This document shows, piece after piece, positions 10,802-21,113 of a stretch of DNA of 64,000 nucleotides. A program made the position numbers and the translations under genes. Each line of letters begins with the position of its first letter. Position 1 is the first letter of the stretch. Location: contig JAHFSY010000008.1 of assembly GCA_023269615.1 (NCBI GenBank), forward strand, positions 68,052 to 132,051, written 5' to 3'. Under the pieces are notes generated by a model that did no database searches, was not told where the DNA came from, and worked only from the letters and a program-made list of their open reading frames with translations. Source of the DNA: Verrucomicrobiota bacterium (lineage in GTDB: Bacteria > Verrucomicrobiota > Verrucomicrobiia > JABWAM01).

Positions 10802-12181
10802 TTATCCGCCGATCTGGCGGAGGGGCTTTCCACCCATAAGATTTTTTTCGATCTGCTCCAGCGAAACCCCCTTGGTTTCCGGACAGAACTTGAAGAAGAA
10901 AATAATGAACGACGCGTTGAGGGCGGCAAAGAGCCAGAACGTACATGCGTCTCCCAACACATGCTTGATGGAGAGGAACGACGCGCCGATCAGGGTGTTG
11001 CCGATCCAGTTGGTCATGGTGGAAACCGTCACGCCAAGCTCGCGACCCTTGAGGGGAAAAATTTCCGAGCACAGAATCCAGATCACCGGGCCGCTGGACA
11101 TGGCAAATCCCACAACGAAGAGAACCAATCCCGCCACCATGAAAGCCTGCCCGATGCCGCTGTCGGCGCCCCTGTAAAACATCAACCCCACCACGGCCAT
11201 GGAGACGGCCATGACGGCTTGTCCCACATAAAGGATGGGCTTGCGTCCCCAGCGGTCCACAAACGCGATGGCAATGAAGGTGGCGAGGACGTTCACGGCA
11301 CCGATCAGAACCGTACCCAGCATCGGGTTGCTCAGGTGCGCATCCTTGAAGATGGCTGGCGAGTAATACATCATGACATTGATGCCGGTGAGCTGCTGAC
11401 AGATCTGAAGGCCCATGCCCAGCAGGAGTGCCCTCCGAAAGTTCGGGTTGTGCAGCAGGGTGAATCCCGCTCCCGCATCATCTTGCAGCATGGCATTCTT
11501 GATGTCCTTGATTTCCAGATCAACCTCCCCATCCGAGGAGCGCAAATCCCGGAGCACGGCCCGCGCCTGCTTCTCCCGGTTGTTGAGGACAAGCCAGCGG
11601 GGAGATTCGGGAAGGAACAACACCCCGAAAAACATGCACACGGAAGGCACGACAACAATGCCCAGCATGATGCGCCAGTTGAGGGCGTCGTTCGTGATCC
11701 AATGCTTGATGGCCCAGTCGCTCAGGAACGCGCCGAGAATGCCGATGGTGATGAGCAGCTGGTACATCGAGATCAGCGACCCACGCTGACGCTCGGGCGC
11801 CATTTCGGAAAGATACAGAGGAGCGGTAAACGAGGCAATGCCCACGCCGACGCCCAGGACAAGGCGAAAGACGATCAACGCCCCGGTGCCAAAGGACAGG
11901 CTGCTTCCGGCTGCGCCAATGGTGAAAATGATCGACGACAGGAGGATGGCCTTCTTGCGGCCGAACACCCGAGACACCCTGCCGCTGGCCAGCACGCCCA
12001 GCACGGCTCCAACCGTGACCATCGAAACAATCTGCTCCTGGACGAACTTGTCAGACGTGATGTGATAATGGGTCGAAATGAACTTGAGCGCACCCGAGAT
12101 CACGCCGACATCGAGCCCGAGTAGCAACCCGGCCAGCGCCGCAATCAAGGCGACGACATAAATCTTCATTCCATTTTTCAT
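10802..12181 (-). CDS. MFS sugar porter family transporter
   Basis: 12 TM helices, GR(K/R) motif GRKKAILLSS, PESPRWL signature, PETKG near the C-terminus. Confidence 0.85.
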   Translation of the reverse strand: MKNGMKIYVVALIAALAGLLLGLDVGVISGALKFISTHYHITSDKFVQEQIVSMVTVGAVLGVLASGRVSRVFGRKKAILLSSIIFTIGAAGSSLSFGTGALIVFRLVLGVGVGIASFTAPLYLSEMAPERQRGSLISMYQLLITIGILGAFLSDWAIKHWITNDALNWRIMLGIVVVPSVCMFFGVLFLPESPRWLVLNNREKQARAVLRDLRSSDGEVDLEIKDIKNAMLQDDAGAGFTLLHNPNFRRALLLGMGLQICQQLTGINVMMYYSPAIFKDAHLSNPMLGTVLIGAVNVLATFIAIAFVDRWGRKPILYVGQAVMAVSMAVVGLMFYRGADSGIGQAFMVAGLVLFVVGFAMSSGPVIWILCSEIFPLKGRELGVTVSTMTNWIGNTLIGASFLSIKHVLGDACTFWLFAALNASFIIFFFKFCPETKGVSLEQIEKNLMGGKPLRQIGG

Positions 12182-12338
12182 CGGATGCGAGGCACAGTCG
12201 TCATGTTTTTTAAAACGCTATGGCCCGCCCTGGGTGAAGTAAATGACAAACTATGAAGCCTTCATGATTCAGGCTTTCTCTTGCCTGGATGCTCTGGTAT
12301 TGCTGCCAAGACACCTTTGAAATCAGCCAGAAAATTTT

Positions 12339-13106
12339 ATGAAACTTGCCGGAAAAACTGCCATCATCACGGGGGGCGCCCAGGGAATCGGACGCGCCGT
12401 TGCCATCCGGTTTGCCAGGGAAGGTGCGGATGTGGTCATTGACGACCGCATTGCGGCCGGCGGAGCGCAGGACACGCTGGCCGAGATCCAGAAACTTGGG
12501 CGCAAAGGTTGCGTGATCGCAGCGGACATCGCCTCACTCGCCGACAACCGGCGGATGATCCAGGAAGCCGCTGAAAAAATGGGCGCGCTGGACATCCTGG
12601 TGAACAACGCAGGCGTGGAGCGACGCGGATCTTTCTGGGAAGTGACCGAAAAGGATTTTGATTTCGTGATGAACATCAACCTGAAGGGGCTTTTCTTCGC
12701 CACGCAGGCCTTCACACAATACCTCATCTCCGCCAAGCGCCCTGGAAAAATCATCAACATGAGTTCCGTGCACGAGGAGCTCCCCTTCCCCCATTTTTCC
12801 ACCTACTGCGCCAGCAAGGGCGGCGTGAAGATGCTCACACGAAATCTATCCATTGAGCTGGCGCCGTTCGGCATCACCGTCAACAACATCGCCCCGGGAG
12901 CCATTGAAACCCCCATCAACACCAAGCTGCTGAACAACCCTGATCTCCTGAAAGCACTCCTGGACAACATCCCCCTGGCCCGACTCGGAAAGCCTGAAGA
13001 CGTTGCCGGCCTCGCCGCTTTCCTGGCATCCGCGGACGCAGACTACGTCACCGGAGCCACGTACTCCGTTGACGGCGGACTGCTCTGGAACTATTCAGAA
13101 CAGTAG
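12339..13106 (+). CDS. SDR family oxidoreductase (glucose 1-dehydrogenase-like)
   Basis: TGGAQGIGRA cofactor motif, NNAG, and catalytic Y-x3-K (YCASKGG). Confidence 0.85.
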   Translation: MKLAGKTAIITGGAQGIGRAVAIRFAREGADVVIDDRIAAGGAQDTLAEIQKLGRKGCVIAADIASLADNRRMIQEAAEKMGALDILVNNAGVERRGSFWEVTEKDFDFVMNINLKGLFFATQAFTQYLISAKRPGKIINMSSVHEELPFPHFSTYCASKGGVKMLTRNLSIELAPFGITVNNIAPGAIETPINTKLLNNPDLLKALLDNIPLARLGKPEDVAGLAAFLASADADYVTGATYSVDGGLLWNYSEQ

Positions 13107-13117
13107 GAGACGTCAGC

Positions 13118-14170
13118 ATGAACATCACCAGCGAACCGTGGGGCATGCATGACGGAAAGAATGTCGAGCTGTTCACGCTTGAAAACAAAAACGGCGTCAG
13201 GGCAAAAATCACAAGCTACGGAGGAACCATCGTATCGCTGAAAGTGCCGGACAAGCAGGGCCGGTTTGCCGACGTGGTGCTGGGCTACGACAAGCTGGAG
13301 GATTATGTGAAGAGCCATGCGTTTTTCGGCGCGATCGTCGGCCGTTATGCAAATCGCATTGCGAATGGAACATTCACGCTCGAGGGCAGGGAATACAGGC
13401 TGGCGGTCAACAACGGCCCGAACTCGCTGCACGGCGGAAAGGTGGGGTTCGACAAAAAAGTGTGGTCCCCGCAGAAAGCCTGTCATCCCAGCGCAGCCGG
13501 CTTGGAACTCACCTACACCAGCCCCGACGGCGAAGAGGGCTATCCCGGCACCCTCAAGTGCAAGGTGACCTACCTGCTCACCAACGACAACGAACTGCGC
13601 ATCGAATACCACGCGACGACCGACAAGGCGACGGTGTTGAATCTGACCAACCACAGCTATTTCAACCTCGCGGGCGAAGGCAGCGGCTCCGTCCTCGACC
13701 ATCACATCATGATCAACGCCGATTACTTCACGCCCGGCAACGCGGACCTCATCCCCAGCGGCGAGAAGGAGTCCGTGGCCGGAACACCCATGGACTTCAC
13801 GAAGATGCGGTGCATCGGAGAGCGCATTGATGAAGACTACGAGCCGCTCAAGTTCGGCATGGGCTACGACCACAACTACATCATCTCGGGCGGGTCCGGC
13901 CTGAAGACTGCAGCAAGGGTATGGGACCCGCAATCCGGCCGTACAATGACCGTGGAAACAACCGAACCGGCGGTGCAGTTCTACACAAGCAATCACTTGA
14001 AGAAAATGACCGGCTGCAAGAACGGCCACGCCTACGACTTCCGCGATGCGCTCTGCCTGGAGACACAGCACTACCCTGACAGCCCCCATCATCCGAATTT
14101 TCCATCGACGGTGCTCGTCCCCGGTGACACCTACCAGCAGTCGACTGTTTATGCTTTCACCGCCGATTGA
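13118..14170 (+). CDS. galM: aldose 1-epimerase (galactose mutarotase)
   Basis: Mutarotase signatures (NNGPNSLHGG, EEGYPG, conserved His/Glu region). It follows the SDR gene by 12 bp. Confidence 0.85.
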   Translation: MNITSEPWGMHDGKNVELFTLENKNGVRAKITSYGGTIVSLKVPDKQGRFADVVLGYDKLEDYVKSHAFFGAIVGRYANRIANGTFTLEGREYRLAVNNGPNSLHGGKVGFDKKVWSPQKACHPSAAGLELTYTSPDGEEGYPGTLKCKVTYLLTNDNELRIEYHATTDKATVLNLTNHSYFNLAGEGSGSVLDHHIMINADYFTPGNADLIPSGEKESVAGTPMDFTKMRCIGERIDEDYEPLKFGMGYDHNYIISGGSGLKTAARVWDPQSGRTMTVETTEPAVQFYTSNHLKKMTGCKNGHAYDFRDALCLETQHYPDSPHHPNFPSTVLVPGDTYQQSTVYAFTAD

Positions 14171-15347
14171 CTCCGTCCCTGCGGAGTTGGGGCAGGATGT
14201 TTTGGTGGATATATTCGCTGATGAGTTCTCCGGCGCAGCGATGTCCATTTTCATTCCAATGGCCACAGCCCAGGGTGGTGTTGGAAAATCCATGCAGGAA
14301 GAGATGCTCACGATCCGCCAGCCGTTGAAGCGGGCGTACAAGCGACAACTCCGCGATATGGTTTCGACGGCAAAATTCCTCGATGCGATCATCGGGATAA
14401 AACAGGGAAGCCGCCAGCCTCGCTCGCAACGCGCAGTCGGGATGGACCTGGATGGGATTGCTGAGGGTGACCACGAGGAGCCTTGACCCATCGGCCTTCA
14501 CCTCTTCATCGAGCTTTGCAATGAGCGCTTCGGTTACACGCCACGCATCGGACCACGCCTCATCGTGGGGTTCCAAATAGACGCCATCATTCAGGCCGCC
14601 CGGATTATTTCCTGCCGGGTGCATTGCCTGAACGAATCGAGATTTATACTCGTAGGCAAATTGAGCCAGATAGGATGCGTCCAGTATATGCTGAATGAAA
14701 CGGGTGCGTCTCGAAGTAAGCTGCCGGTATTGGGGCGACGCGAGAAAGGAATCATCCTCTTCCAGTCGATTTTCATGACAAACGAAAAATGGGCGTGTGC
14801 GTTCGCGCTCAAGCGCACGCGAGTTTTCGCGGATGTCATTGCCAGTGAAGACGGCAAGAACGACCAGGTCCGGCGAATAATGACGGACGCAGTGTCGATA
14901 TGCGAGCAACTCCTGGGCCGTACCGTAGCCGGACACTCCGAAGTTCAAAACCTCCACGGGATCGTGCTGGGAGTCCACGGCGAGACGCTTGATCAAATCA
15001 CCTCCAATCACCTGGCAAAGCGAATTTTCCCAAGAAACATGAAATGCCTCCACGAACGAATCGCCGAGCACGGCGATGCGCAACACTCCGCGTGTTTTTT
15101 TGAGCGAGCGCTCCCGATCATGCCAACCCTGGCTGTTGATTTGCACATGGGAATGCCCCTCCTTGGAGTAGGATGCGCAGATGCCTGGTCGTAGCGACGC
15201 GCCCAGATGCAGGTCTGGCCTGTAGAAACCCGGGTAGGAAATCCCCATGAGCCGCAACGCAATTTCCAGAATTCCCATTCCCCCGATCAAGCCGATCGTG
15301 ATTGCCACACACCGGAATATGACTGGCTTGTGGTAGGGCGCGACCAC
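14157..15347 (-). CDS. SGNH/GDSL-type hydrolase with N-terminal TM anchor
   Basis: Block I VLGDSFVE, block II GVSGYG, block III GND. The ORF runs to 15740, but that would overlap the upstream gene (which ends at 15436). The likely start is the GTG at 15345-15347 just before the TM helix, though it is uncertain. Confidence 0.5.
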   Translation of the reverse strand: MVAPYHKPVIFRCVAITIGLIGGMGILEIALRLMGISYPGFYRPDLHLGASLRPGICASYSKEGHSHVQINSQGWHDRERSLKKTRGVLRIAVLGDSFVEAFHVSWENSLCQVIGGDLIKRLAVDSQHDPVEVLNFGVSGYGTAQELLAYRHCVRHYSPDLVVLAVFTGNDIRENSRALERERTRPFFVCHENRLEEDDSFLASPQYRQLTSRRTRFIQHILDASYLAQFAYEYKSRFVQAMHPAGNNPGGLNDGVYLEPHDEAWSDAWRVTEALIAKLDEEVKADGSRLLVVTLSNPIQVHPDCALRARLAASLFYPDDRIEEFCRRNHIAELSLVRPLQRLADREHLFLHGFSNTTLGCGHWNENGHRCAGELISEYIHQNILPQLRRDGVNRR

Positions 15348-15419
15348 CGGGCGCACCGCTGCGCAGAGGACGGCCCGGCGGTCCGTCCCTACCTCGGCGC
15401 GGCTATTTTCCGGACACGC
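15332..15419. repeat. GC-rich palindromic repeat, family GGTAGGG...CCCTACC, copy A
   Basis: About 90% identical over ~88 bp to 36828..36915. The arms are GGTAGGGCGCGACC(A/G)CCGGGC and GCCCGGCGGTCCGTCCCTACC. Confidence 0.7.
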
Positions 15420-15435
15420 ACTCAGGGGGATCAGA

Positions 15436-16146
15436 TCAATGGATGAAATAGTTGCAGTACCCAACCTGCCAGAACAGATCCAGGGGCTTGTCCATCCAAG
15501 CCACATGGCGGTCCCAGATCTTCTTGGACACAGCCGCTTTCCGTCCCGCATCCAGGGCTGCCTTAAATCCCCGGCCGGCCTCCGTCGCCGCCCGCCGGCT
15601 GGTTTTGATGTCCAATACATTGACCGGCGTTCCGTCTTTGCGTTTGAACACATGGTTGGCAGTCTGATCCACGAGCACCCACTTGCCGCCGACGAAAACC
15701 TCTGCAACGACATGCCCCTTCTTGCTGCGCATCCCGGCAAAGACCAGTCGTGAAGGCATGCCCAGGATCTGGGTCAATGCCACCAGCACCCGCGCCTGTT
15801 CGTTGCACCAGCCATGTCCGGAAAACAGAAGTTCCTCCTCGGACCCTCCCCGGTTTCCAACCCCTTCAAAATCCAGCTCCACATAGTGGTTCATCTGTTT
15901 CACCAGCGCGTTCACGCACCTTTCAAGGGTCGCCAAGCCAGGTTTGCCAGTCACTTTTTTCCGCGCCAGAAACTTCTCCAGCCTGGGTCGCGAACCCCGG
16001 CGGTAAAAAACCTGCGGATAGGTGAAAGACTCATAAAACCAGCGCAACGGAATTCCGCCTGAATCCGCGTAGTTCAGCGACTGTTCCAAGTCTCTGCCGC
16101 AGACCGGCGGCACATAACGGCCCTTAATCTGAGGAAATTTTTGCAT
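15436..16146 (-). CDS. transglutaminase-like superfamily protein
   Basis: GHGWCNEQARV (Cys nucleophile) and GHVVAEVFVGGKWVLVDQT (His/Asp) arrangement. Confidence 0.6.
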   Translation of the reverse strand: MQKFPQIKGRYVPPVCGRDLEQSLNYADSGGIPLRWFYESFTYPQVFYRRGSRPRLEKFLARKKVTGKPGLATLERCVNALVKQMNHYVELDFEGVGNRGGSEEELLFSGHGWCNEQARVLVALTQILGMPSRLVFAGMRSKKGHVVAEVFVGGKWVLVDQTANHVFKRKDGTPVNVLDIKTSRRAATEAGRGFKAALDAGRKAAVSKKIWDRHVAWMDKPLDLFWQVGYCNYFIH

Positions 16147-16278
16147 GGATCATCCTTTTGTAAAAAATAGGCCCTATCCATCAACCTTGAGGGTCAAATG
16201 ACCCCATGTCACGAACGGTTTACGGCCCCGGTCATTTTTGGCTTTAACCGGACGCATGGTTCCTCCACTTCTATTCAT

Positions 16279-16938
16279 ATGAACAAACAACTCCTTCGCT
16301 CCGTTGCACTCCTCATCCTGATTCCTGTTCTTCTCGGGGCCGCGTCGAAGAACAAGATTTCGCCTGAGATTGCGCTGAAACGGTTGATGGATGGAAACCG
16401 TCGGTTTGTCGCTGAAGCCATTACCGGTCCCCATCGAACTGCGGAGCGGCGGAGCGAGGTGGCGTCCAACCATGCGCCGTTTGCCTCCATCCTCAGTTGC
16501 TCTGATTCCCGCGTACCACCCGAACTCCTGTTCGACCAGGGCTTCGGCGATCTCTTCGTGGTCCGCAATGCCGGGAACATCGAGGATGACATCGTCCTCG
16601 GCTCGCTCGAATATGGGGCGGAACATCTTCACGCCCCATTGATTCTGGTCCTCGGGCATAAAAGTTGTGGCGCAGTGACGGCCGCGGTGCATGGCGGCAA
16701 CCACAACAACCATATTGACGACGTGGTGAATGCCATCGAGCCAGCGGTGGAGGCCGCGAAGGAGCAACATCCTGGTGACGTGGACGCAGCCACCCGCGCC
16801 AATGCGCGCCTTGTCGCCAGGCGCCTCGCCGAAAAAAGCAAAATTCTCTCGCACCTGATCGAGAGTGGAGAACTGAAGATCCTCGCCGGGTATTACGACA
16901 TGGATACCGGCCGCGTGAAGCTTCTGTCCGATGAGTGA
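16279..16938 (+). CDS. beta-class carbonic anhydrase, secreted
   Basis: CSDSRV and HKSCGAV zinc-ligand motifs. Signal peptide MNKQLLRSVALLILIPVLLGAAS. The ORF extends upstream to 16198. Confidence 0.85.
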   Translation: MNKQLLRSVALLILIPVLLGAASKNKISPEIALKRLMDGNRRFVAEAITGPHRTAERRSEVASNHAPFASILSCSDSRVPPELLFDQGFGDLFVVRNAGNIEDDIVLGSLEYGAEHLHAPLILVLGHKSCGAVTAAVHGGNHNNHIDDVVNAIEPAVEAAKEQHPGDVDAATRANARLVARRLAEKSKILSHLIESGELKILAGYYDMDTGRVKLLSDE

Positions 16939-17827
16939 CCCGCTCGCCGAGGCTGTCGCGATGTTCCTCACGCAGGTGAGGATCGAGAAGGGGCAATCCG
17001 ATCTCACGGCGCGCACCTACCAGCGTCACCTCGACGGTTTCCGTGCGTTTGCGCGAAAGGTCGGGCGCGCGTCATGGGGCGATGTGACGGTCGAGGACGC
17101 GCAGGCGTGGCTGGCGCAGTTGAAGAAGCGAGGTTTTCACATCAACACGCTGTACATTGCGCTTGCCTCGCTCCGCGCCATGTTCAAGTACACGCACACC
17201 GAGGGATGGACCCAGGATTTTTCACAGGTGCTCGACCTGCCGCGACGCTGGGAAAATCTTCCCCACGCGCTGGACCCCACGGACATTGAAAAACTGTTGA
17301 ATGCCGCCGAGCTGGACACGGATCGCGGCGTGCGGGATCGCGCGATCCTCGAATTATTTTATGCGTCCGGACTGCGGCTGGCCGAGCTGGCGCGCCTGCA
17401 ATTGGGCGACGTGCAATGGGAACTCGGCGTGGTGCGGGTGACCGGCAAGGGGGGCAAGCAGCGCGTGGTGCCCGTGGGAAAGCAGGCCATCGGCTGGCTG
17501 AAACGTTATCTCCGCGACATCCGTCCGAATTTCGTCACGGAGCGAACCGGCAGCAACATGTTCCTGAGCCGGCGCGGGACGGGGGTCAGCCGTGAAACCG
17601 TTGCCCTCACGGTGCGTCGCCTTGCCAAGCGGGCAGGGATTGGGAAGCGGGTGACCCCGCACATGCTGCGGCATTCTTTTGCCACCCACTTGCTGGCCGG
17701 CGGCGCGGATCTGCGCGTGATCCAGGAAATGCTCGGCCACAGCAGCATCGAGACGACGCAAATTTATACGCACGTGGACCGCGGCCAGTTGCAAAAGACC
17801 CACCGCGATTTTCATCCACGCGCGTGA
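16931..17827 (+). CDS. xerD: tyrosine recombinase XerD-like (chromosome dimer resolution)
   Basis: RHRY-family catalytic residues: ...ELARLQLGDV, HMLRHSFATHLL, LGHSSIETTQIYTHV. It is closer to XerD than to XerC. Confidence 0.8.
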   Translation: MSDPLAEAVAMFLTQVRIEKGQSDLTARTYQRHLDGFRAFARKVGRASWGDVTVEDAQAWLAQLKKRGFHINTLYIALASLRAMFKYTHTEGWTQDFSQVLDLPRRWENLPHALDPTDIEKLLNAAELDTDRGVRDRAILELFYASGLRLAELARLQLGDVQWELGVVRVTGKGGKQRVVPVGKQAIGWLKRYLRDIRPNFVTERTGSNMFLSRRGTGVSRETVALTVRRLAKRAGIGKRVTPHMLRHSFATHLLAGGADLRVIQEMLGHSSIETTQIYTHVDRGQLQKTHRDFHPRA

Positions 17828-17913
17828 AGTCTTTTTCAGCTTCCGCAAGTTGACCCGGCACCCATGACGAATTAGATTGTGCAAGCCGCTCCAATCCTTC
17901 CCCTTCGAATCAT

Positions 17914-20325
17914 GTGAAACGACCATCCCCCACCTACCGTCACGGCGCCGATCCATTCCTGCCGCTCGGGCCGATCGTGTGGGAGGGAAAACGCGATCGG
18001 GTGGTGCTTTCGCCTGCAGACGGCGGACGCGTGATTTCATGGCGTCACGGTCGCGCGGGCGAACTCGTGCGCGGGCTGGATGTCGCTGATGGAGGATTGC
18101 TGCGCGTGCTGCTTGGCGAGGAACGGTATCCCGGCGCGAGCTACGTGACACCCCACCTCGTGCACGTGCAGCGCCAGGACGAGCGGGGGTTCCGCGCACA
18201 CATGCGCTACATCTGGAACACGCCCAACGCAATTGCGTGGCTCCTGGGGTGGCCGGACAAGGTCAATCCCGTGTACCTCGACGGGCTGCAGCTCGACAAG
18301 ATCGTCACGTTCGATGCGGCGCAGTCGGTCTTTCTGGTGGAACTTTCCATCGCGAATTACTCGGGAGAAATGCGAAAAATCTCACCGTGGCTTCACAACA
18401 ATTTCCAGGGCTGGGTGGACCAGGGCTTTGTCGTGCGCGGGGGACGCGAAGAGCCCTATACCTGGCACGATATTTATTGGGCCGGGCACCATCCCCTGCC
18501 GGGTAAAACAATGCGACTCGTGCACGCGGACCGTCGCGGCTCGCTCTTCGCCGTGCTCGGCTCCGGCCCATCGTTTCTGGCGGGCATGGCTTCTTACACG
18601 CACGCCGATTTTGGGGAAGGCAACACCGAGGGTTGCATGGAGCTGCGTGGAAAAACCCTGTCGCTCGCGCCCGGCACCCGCTGGTGCGGCACGGCATTTC
18701 TCGCCATGACCCAGGGCCCCGAAAGCTGGCGACGATGGGCCGTGAAATCACCCCTGCCCCTCGTCAGCTTCGTGGACGAAGCGGCGGCCAGTTACATCGA
18801 GCCCTCGTCCGTCGCCCCCCTCCTTCATCACTGGGCGCTGCCCGAGGAACGTCGCAAGGGGCTCATGGCGATCTCCTGGCTCGACAAAATCCCGTTCACA
18901 TCGGCGAGCCGGTACTCGGCGTCAAACACCTTCGCCGGATTTCATCCGGGCCGCAGCGGGCGCGCACAGGCATCCGTGGGACTTGTTCCGCTGCGCATGC
19001 TCGACCCATTGCGCGTCGAATTGCGCGGTGGGCGCGGATGGAATCTTGTCGCAGAACACGAACGGGGCCGGTGCCTGACGGTGCCCATGACGACGCATCA
19101 ACCGGTTCGCCTTCTCCTGGAAGGGCCATCCCATCTCACGGGAAGAGAATCCGTGGAAGTCCATCTCTCGACACCCAGGGAACGGCTGGTGGTTTTGGGT
19201 GTGCCACGCGATGCAAGCGTGGGGCCGCGTCACCCATACCAGGTCAAGCAGGTTTCATCCTATCTCGAGGATCGCTTTTGGGCCGAGAAAGATTCTTGCG
19301 CCGGGAGAACCACCGCCGAGTCACGGCGCTGGCAGGCGAAGGCGAGAAGGCGTTTGCTTCAATGGGCGCGCGATGCGGTGACCGAGCCATCCCCTCTCGC
19401 GCCACGCCTGATGGAACGCCAGGTTGGGCCTCATTGCGTGCGTGAAAAAATCCTGATCCAGACGGAACCCGGGATCTGGATGCCGATGTACCTGGTGTAT
19501 CCGCGAAATGCGGGCCGCAAAAAAATCCCGGCAATCCTGTTCCCTCATGGCTCCGGCCCGGGAAAACTCCGTTTCGCGCCGGACGAAACAGCCGATGTGC
19601 AGCATCGCTCTCATTTGAACCGCTGGCCTTCACCCTACCAACTGGCGCATCAACTCGGTTGCATCGTGCTGCTCCCGGATCGCAGGGGCTGGGGCGAATG
19701 GTCGGAGGCCAACCACGGCCAGCGCCCGCACCGCGCCGAGCGCGCGGGCTACAACATCACCGCCATGGAAGCGTGGGACCATCTCCGCGCCGTGGATTTT
19801 CTCGTGTCGAACAGGAACGTGGACACGCGACGCATTTTCAGCATGGGCAGTTCCGGCGGAGGATGGCTGACGCTCCTCCTCATGGCGGCGGACGTGCGCC
19901 TAGCCGGCGGCATCGCGAGCAGTACGCCAACCACCAAGCCGAGTCTGCCCGAGCAATATTTCTACCAGGTCTTCGAAAACGAGGAGGATGAGGTGGATCC
20001 CACCTCGAGTCTCCCGATGTCCACGGCAACCATCGGCTGCCTCGCCGCGCCGCGTCCGCTGTGGGTGATGGACGGACGCTGGGACCGCCAGATGATCCCG
20101 CCTCCACCGCACACCGAGGCGGAGGAGAAATCGCTCTTTGCACGAAACCAGGCCCGGGCCAATGCTGGACGCGAGGAAATCGGGCGACTGTATCGAGCCC
20201 TTGGCGCATCAAGCCGCTACGAGGCAAGCTGGTTCGACGGCGGACACATGGCGGGGTTCACCTTCCGCAACATCGCGAAGTGGCTGGGCAAACACTTTGG
20301 AATTTGCTCGCGTCACAGATTATGA
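17914..20325 (+). CDS. large hypothetical protein with C-terminal alpha/beta-hydrolase domain
   Basis: 803 aa. The C-terminal ~300 aa carry GSSGGGW (GxSxG) in a dienelactone-hydrolase/acetyl-xylan-esterase-like context. The N-terminal 450 aa are unassigned. Confidence 0.55.
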   Translation: MKRPSPTYRHGADPFLPLGPIVWEGKRDRVVLSPADGGRVISWRHGRAGELVRGLDVADGGLLRVLLGEERYPGASYVTPHLVHVQRQDERGFRAHMRYIWNTPNAIAWLLGWPDKVNPVYLDGLQLDKIVTFDAAQSVFLVELSIANYSGEMRKISPWLHNNFQGWVDQGFVVRGGREEPYTWHDIYWAGHHPLPGKTMRLVHADRRGSLFAVLGSGPSFLAGMASYTHADFGEGNTEGCMELRGKTLSLAPGTRWCGTAFLAMTQGPESWRRWAVKSPLPLVSFVDEAAASYIEPSSVAPLLHHWALPEERRKGLMAISWLDKIPFTSASRYSASNTFAGFHPGRSGRAQASVGLVPLRMLDPLRVELRGGRGWNLVAEHERGRCLTVPMTTHQPVRLLLEGPSHLTGRESVEVHLSTPRERLVVLGVPRDASVGPRHPYQVKQVSSYLEDRFWAEKDSCAGRTTAESRRWQAKARRRLLQWARDAVTEPSPLAPRLMERQVGPHCVREKILIQTEPGIWMPMYLVYPRNAGRKKIPAILFPHGSGPGKLRFAPDETADVQHRSHLNRWPSPYQLAHQLGCIVLLPDRRGWGEWSEANHGQRPHRAERAGYNITAMEAWDHLRAVDFLVSNRNVDTRRIFSMGSSGGGWLTLLLMAADVRLAGGIASSTPTTKPSLPEQYFYQVFENEEDEVDPTSSLPMSTATIGCLAAPRPLWVMDGRWDRQMIPPPPHTEAEEKSLFARNQARANAGREEIGRLYRALGASSRYEASWFDGGHMAGFTFRNIAKWLGKHFGICSRHRL

Positions 20326-21113
20326 TGCGTCCCCATTGCGCCCGGCCCCATCTCCTCATCCTTGCGCTGGTAACGGTTGTCACATGAGAAGCGCAGGCGA
20401 TCGCCGGTGACGTTGGGCATCGCCTTGTGAATCGTGTGGGAATGGAACACGAGAAAATCCCCGAGGCCGAAATTGCCTTCATGCCACTCGGTGCCATCCT
20501 CCGGCATGTCCTCATCCATGACACCCATTCCCGCATATTTATGTTCCTTGTTGATCTTATGCTCGACGAACCCCTCGCGATGCGAACCCTTGAGCACGGC
20601 AAGCCCGCCCAGCTCGATGGGGCATTCGCCGATCGGCATCCACAAGGTGTAGGTGCGCGGCGTGCCACGGATGTACTGGAAGTCCTGGTGCGCCGGCGTG
20701 GTCTGGGATGTGTTGTTTGGAAACGTGACGCGTCCGATCTTGCGGCGATGAAGCAGCACCTCGCCTCCGAGGATCCGTCCCATCAACTTCATCAACACAT
20801 CGTCCTCCGGAATCTGGAGGAAGGACGGAAGGTTCAGCATTTGCTTGTAAACGCCCATGTATTCCGGATCGCCCTCGCCATAAGGCCCCACCCCGCTCCA
20901 GACCGCGTCCAGCGTATCCCCGTACGGCTTGATCCAGCCCGCATCAAGGCAGAACTTCAAGATATCCCGCCGCGCCTGCAGGACTTTTTCCTTTGGCGCC
21001 ACGCCTCGAAAATAAAGGTAACCATGTTCGTCCAGCAGGCGGTTCAGTCCCGCCGGATCGTTCAAGGCATCGTTCGCAACAATGAATGGGGAATGGGCAA
21101 TGGTGGTTGTCAT
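20313..21113 (-). CDS. PhyH-family Fe(II)/2OG dioxygenase, intact copy 2
   Basis: AHQDF H-x-D and HSHTIHKA motifs. Paralog of 8995..9798. Start chosen at MTTTIAHSP. Confidence 0.65.
   Translation of the reverse strand: MTTTIAHSPFIVANDALNDPAGLNRLLDEHGYLYFRGVAPKEKVLQARRDILKFCLDAGWIKPYGDTLDAVWSGVGPYGEGDPEYMGVYKQMLNLPSFLQIPEDDVLMKLMGRILGGEVLLHRRKIGRVTFPNNTSQTTPAHQDFQYIRGTPRTYTLWMPIGECPIELGGLAVLKGSHREGFVEHKINKEHKYAGMGVMDEDMPEDGTEWHEGNFGLGDFLVFHSHTIHKAMPNVTGDRLRFSCDNRYQRKDEEMGPGAMGTHHNL

Noticed and set aside
10796-12124. 442-aa plus-strand ORF
   Set aside because: It lies entirely antisense to the well-supported MFS transporter gene. Its composition is low-complexity (Arg/His/Asp/Gly-rich), typical of GC-rich shadow ORFs.
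13091-14491. 466-aa minus-strand ORF
   Set aside because: It is antisense to galM and the SGNH gene. It has no motifs and crosses a gene boundary.
14157-15740. Full-length 527-aa version of the SGNH hydrolase ORF
   Set aside because: The N-terminal 130 codons would overlap the upstream transglutaminase-like gene (which ends at 15436). They also run through the palindromic repeat 15332..15419. A GTG start at 15347 is more plausible.
16931-17827. Tyrosine recombinase as evidence of a prophage or integrative element
   Set aside because: The motifs match chromosomal XerD. There is no adjacent tRNA-proximal att site, phage genes or GC shift. It is still noted as lying between the PhyH direct repeats.
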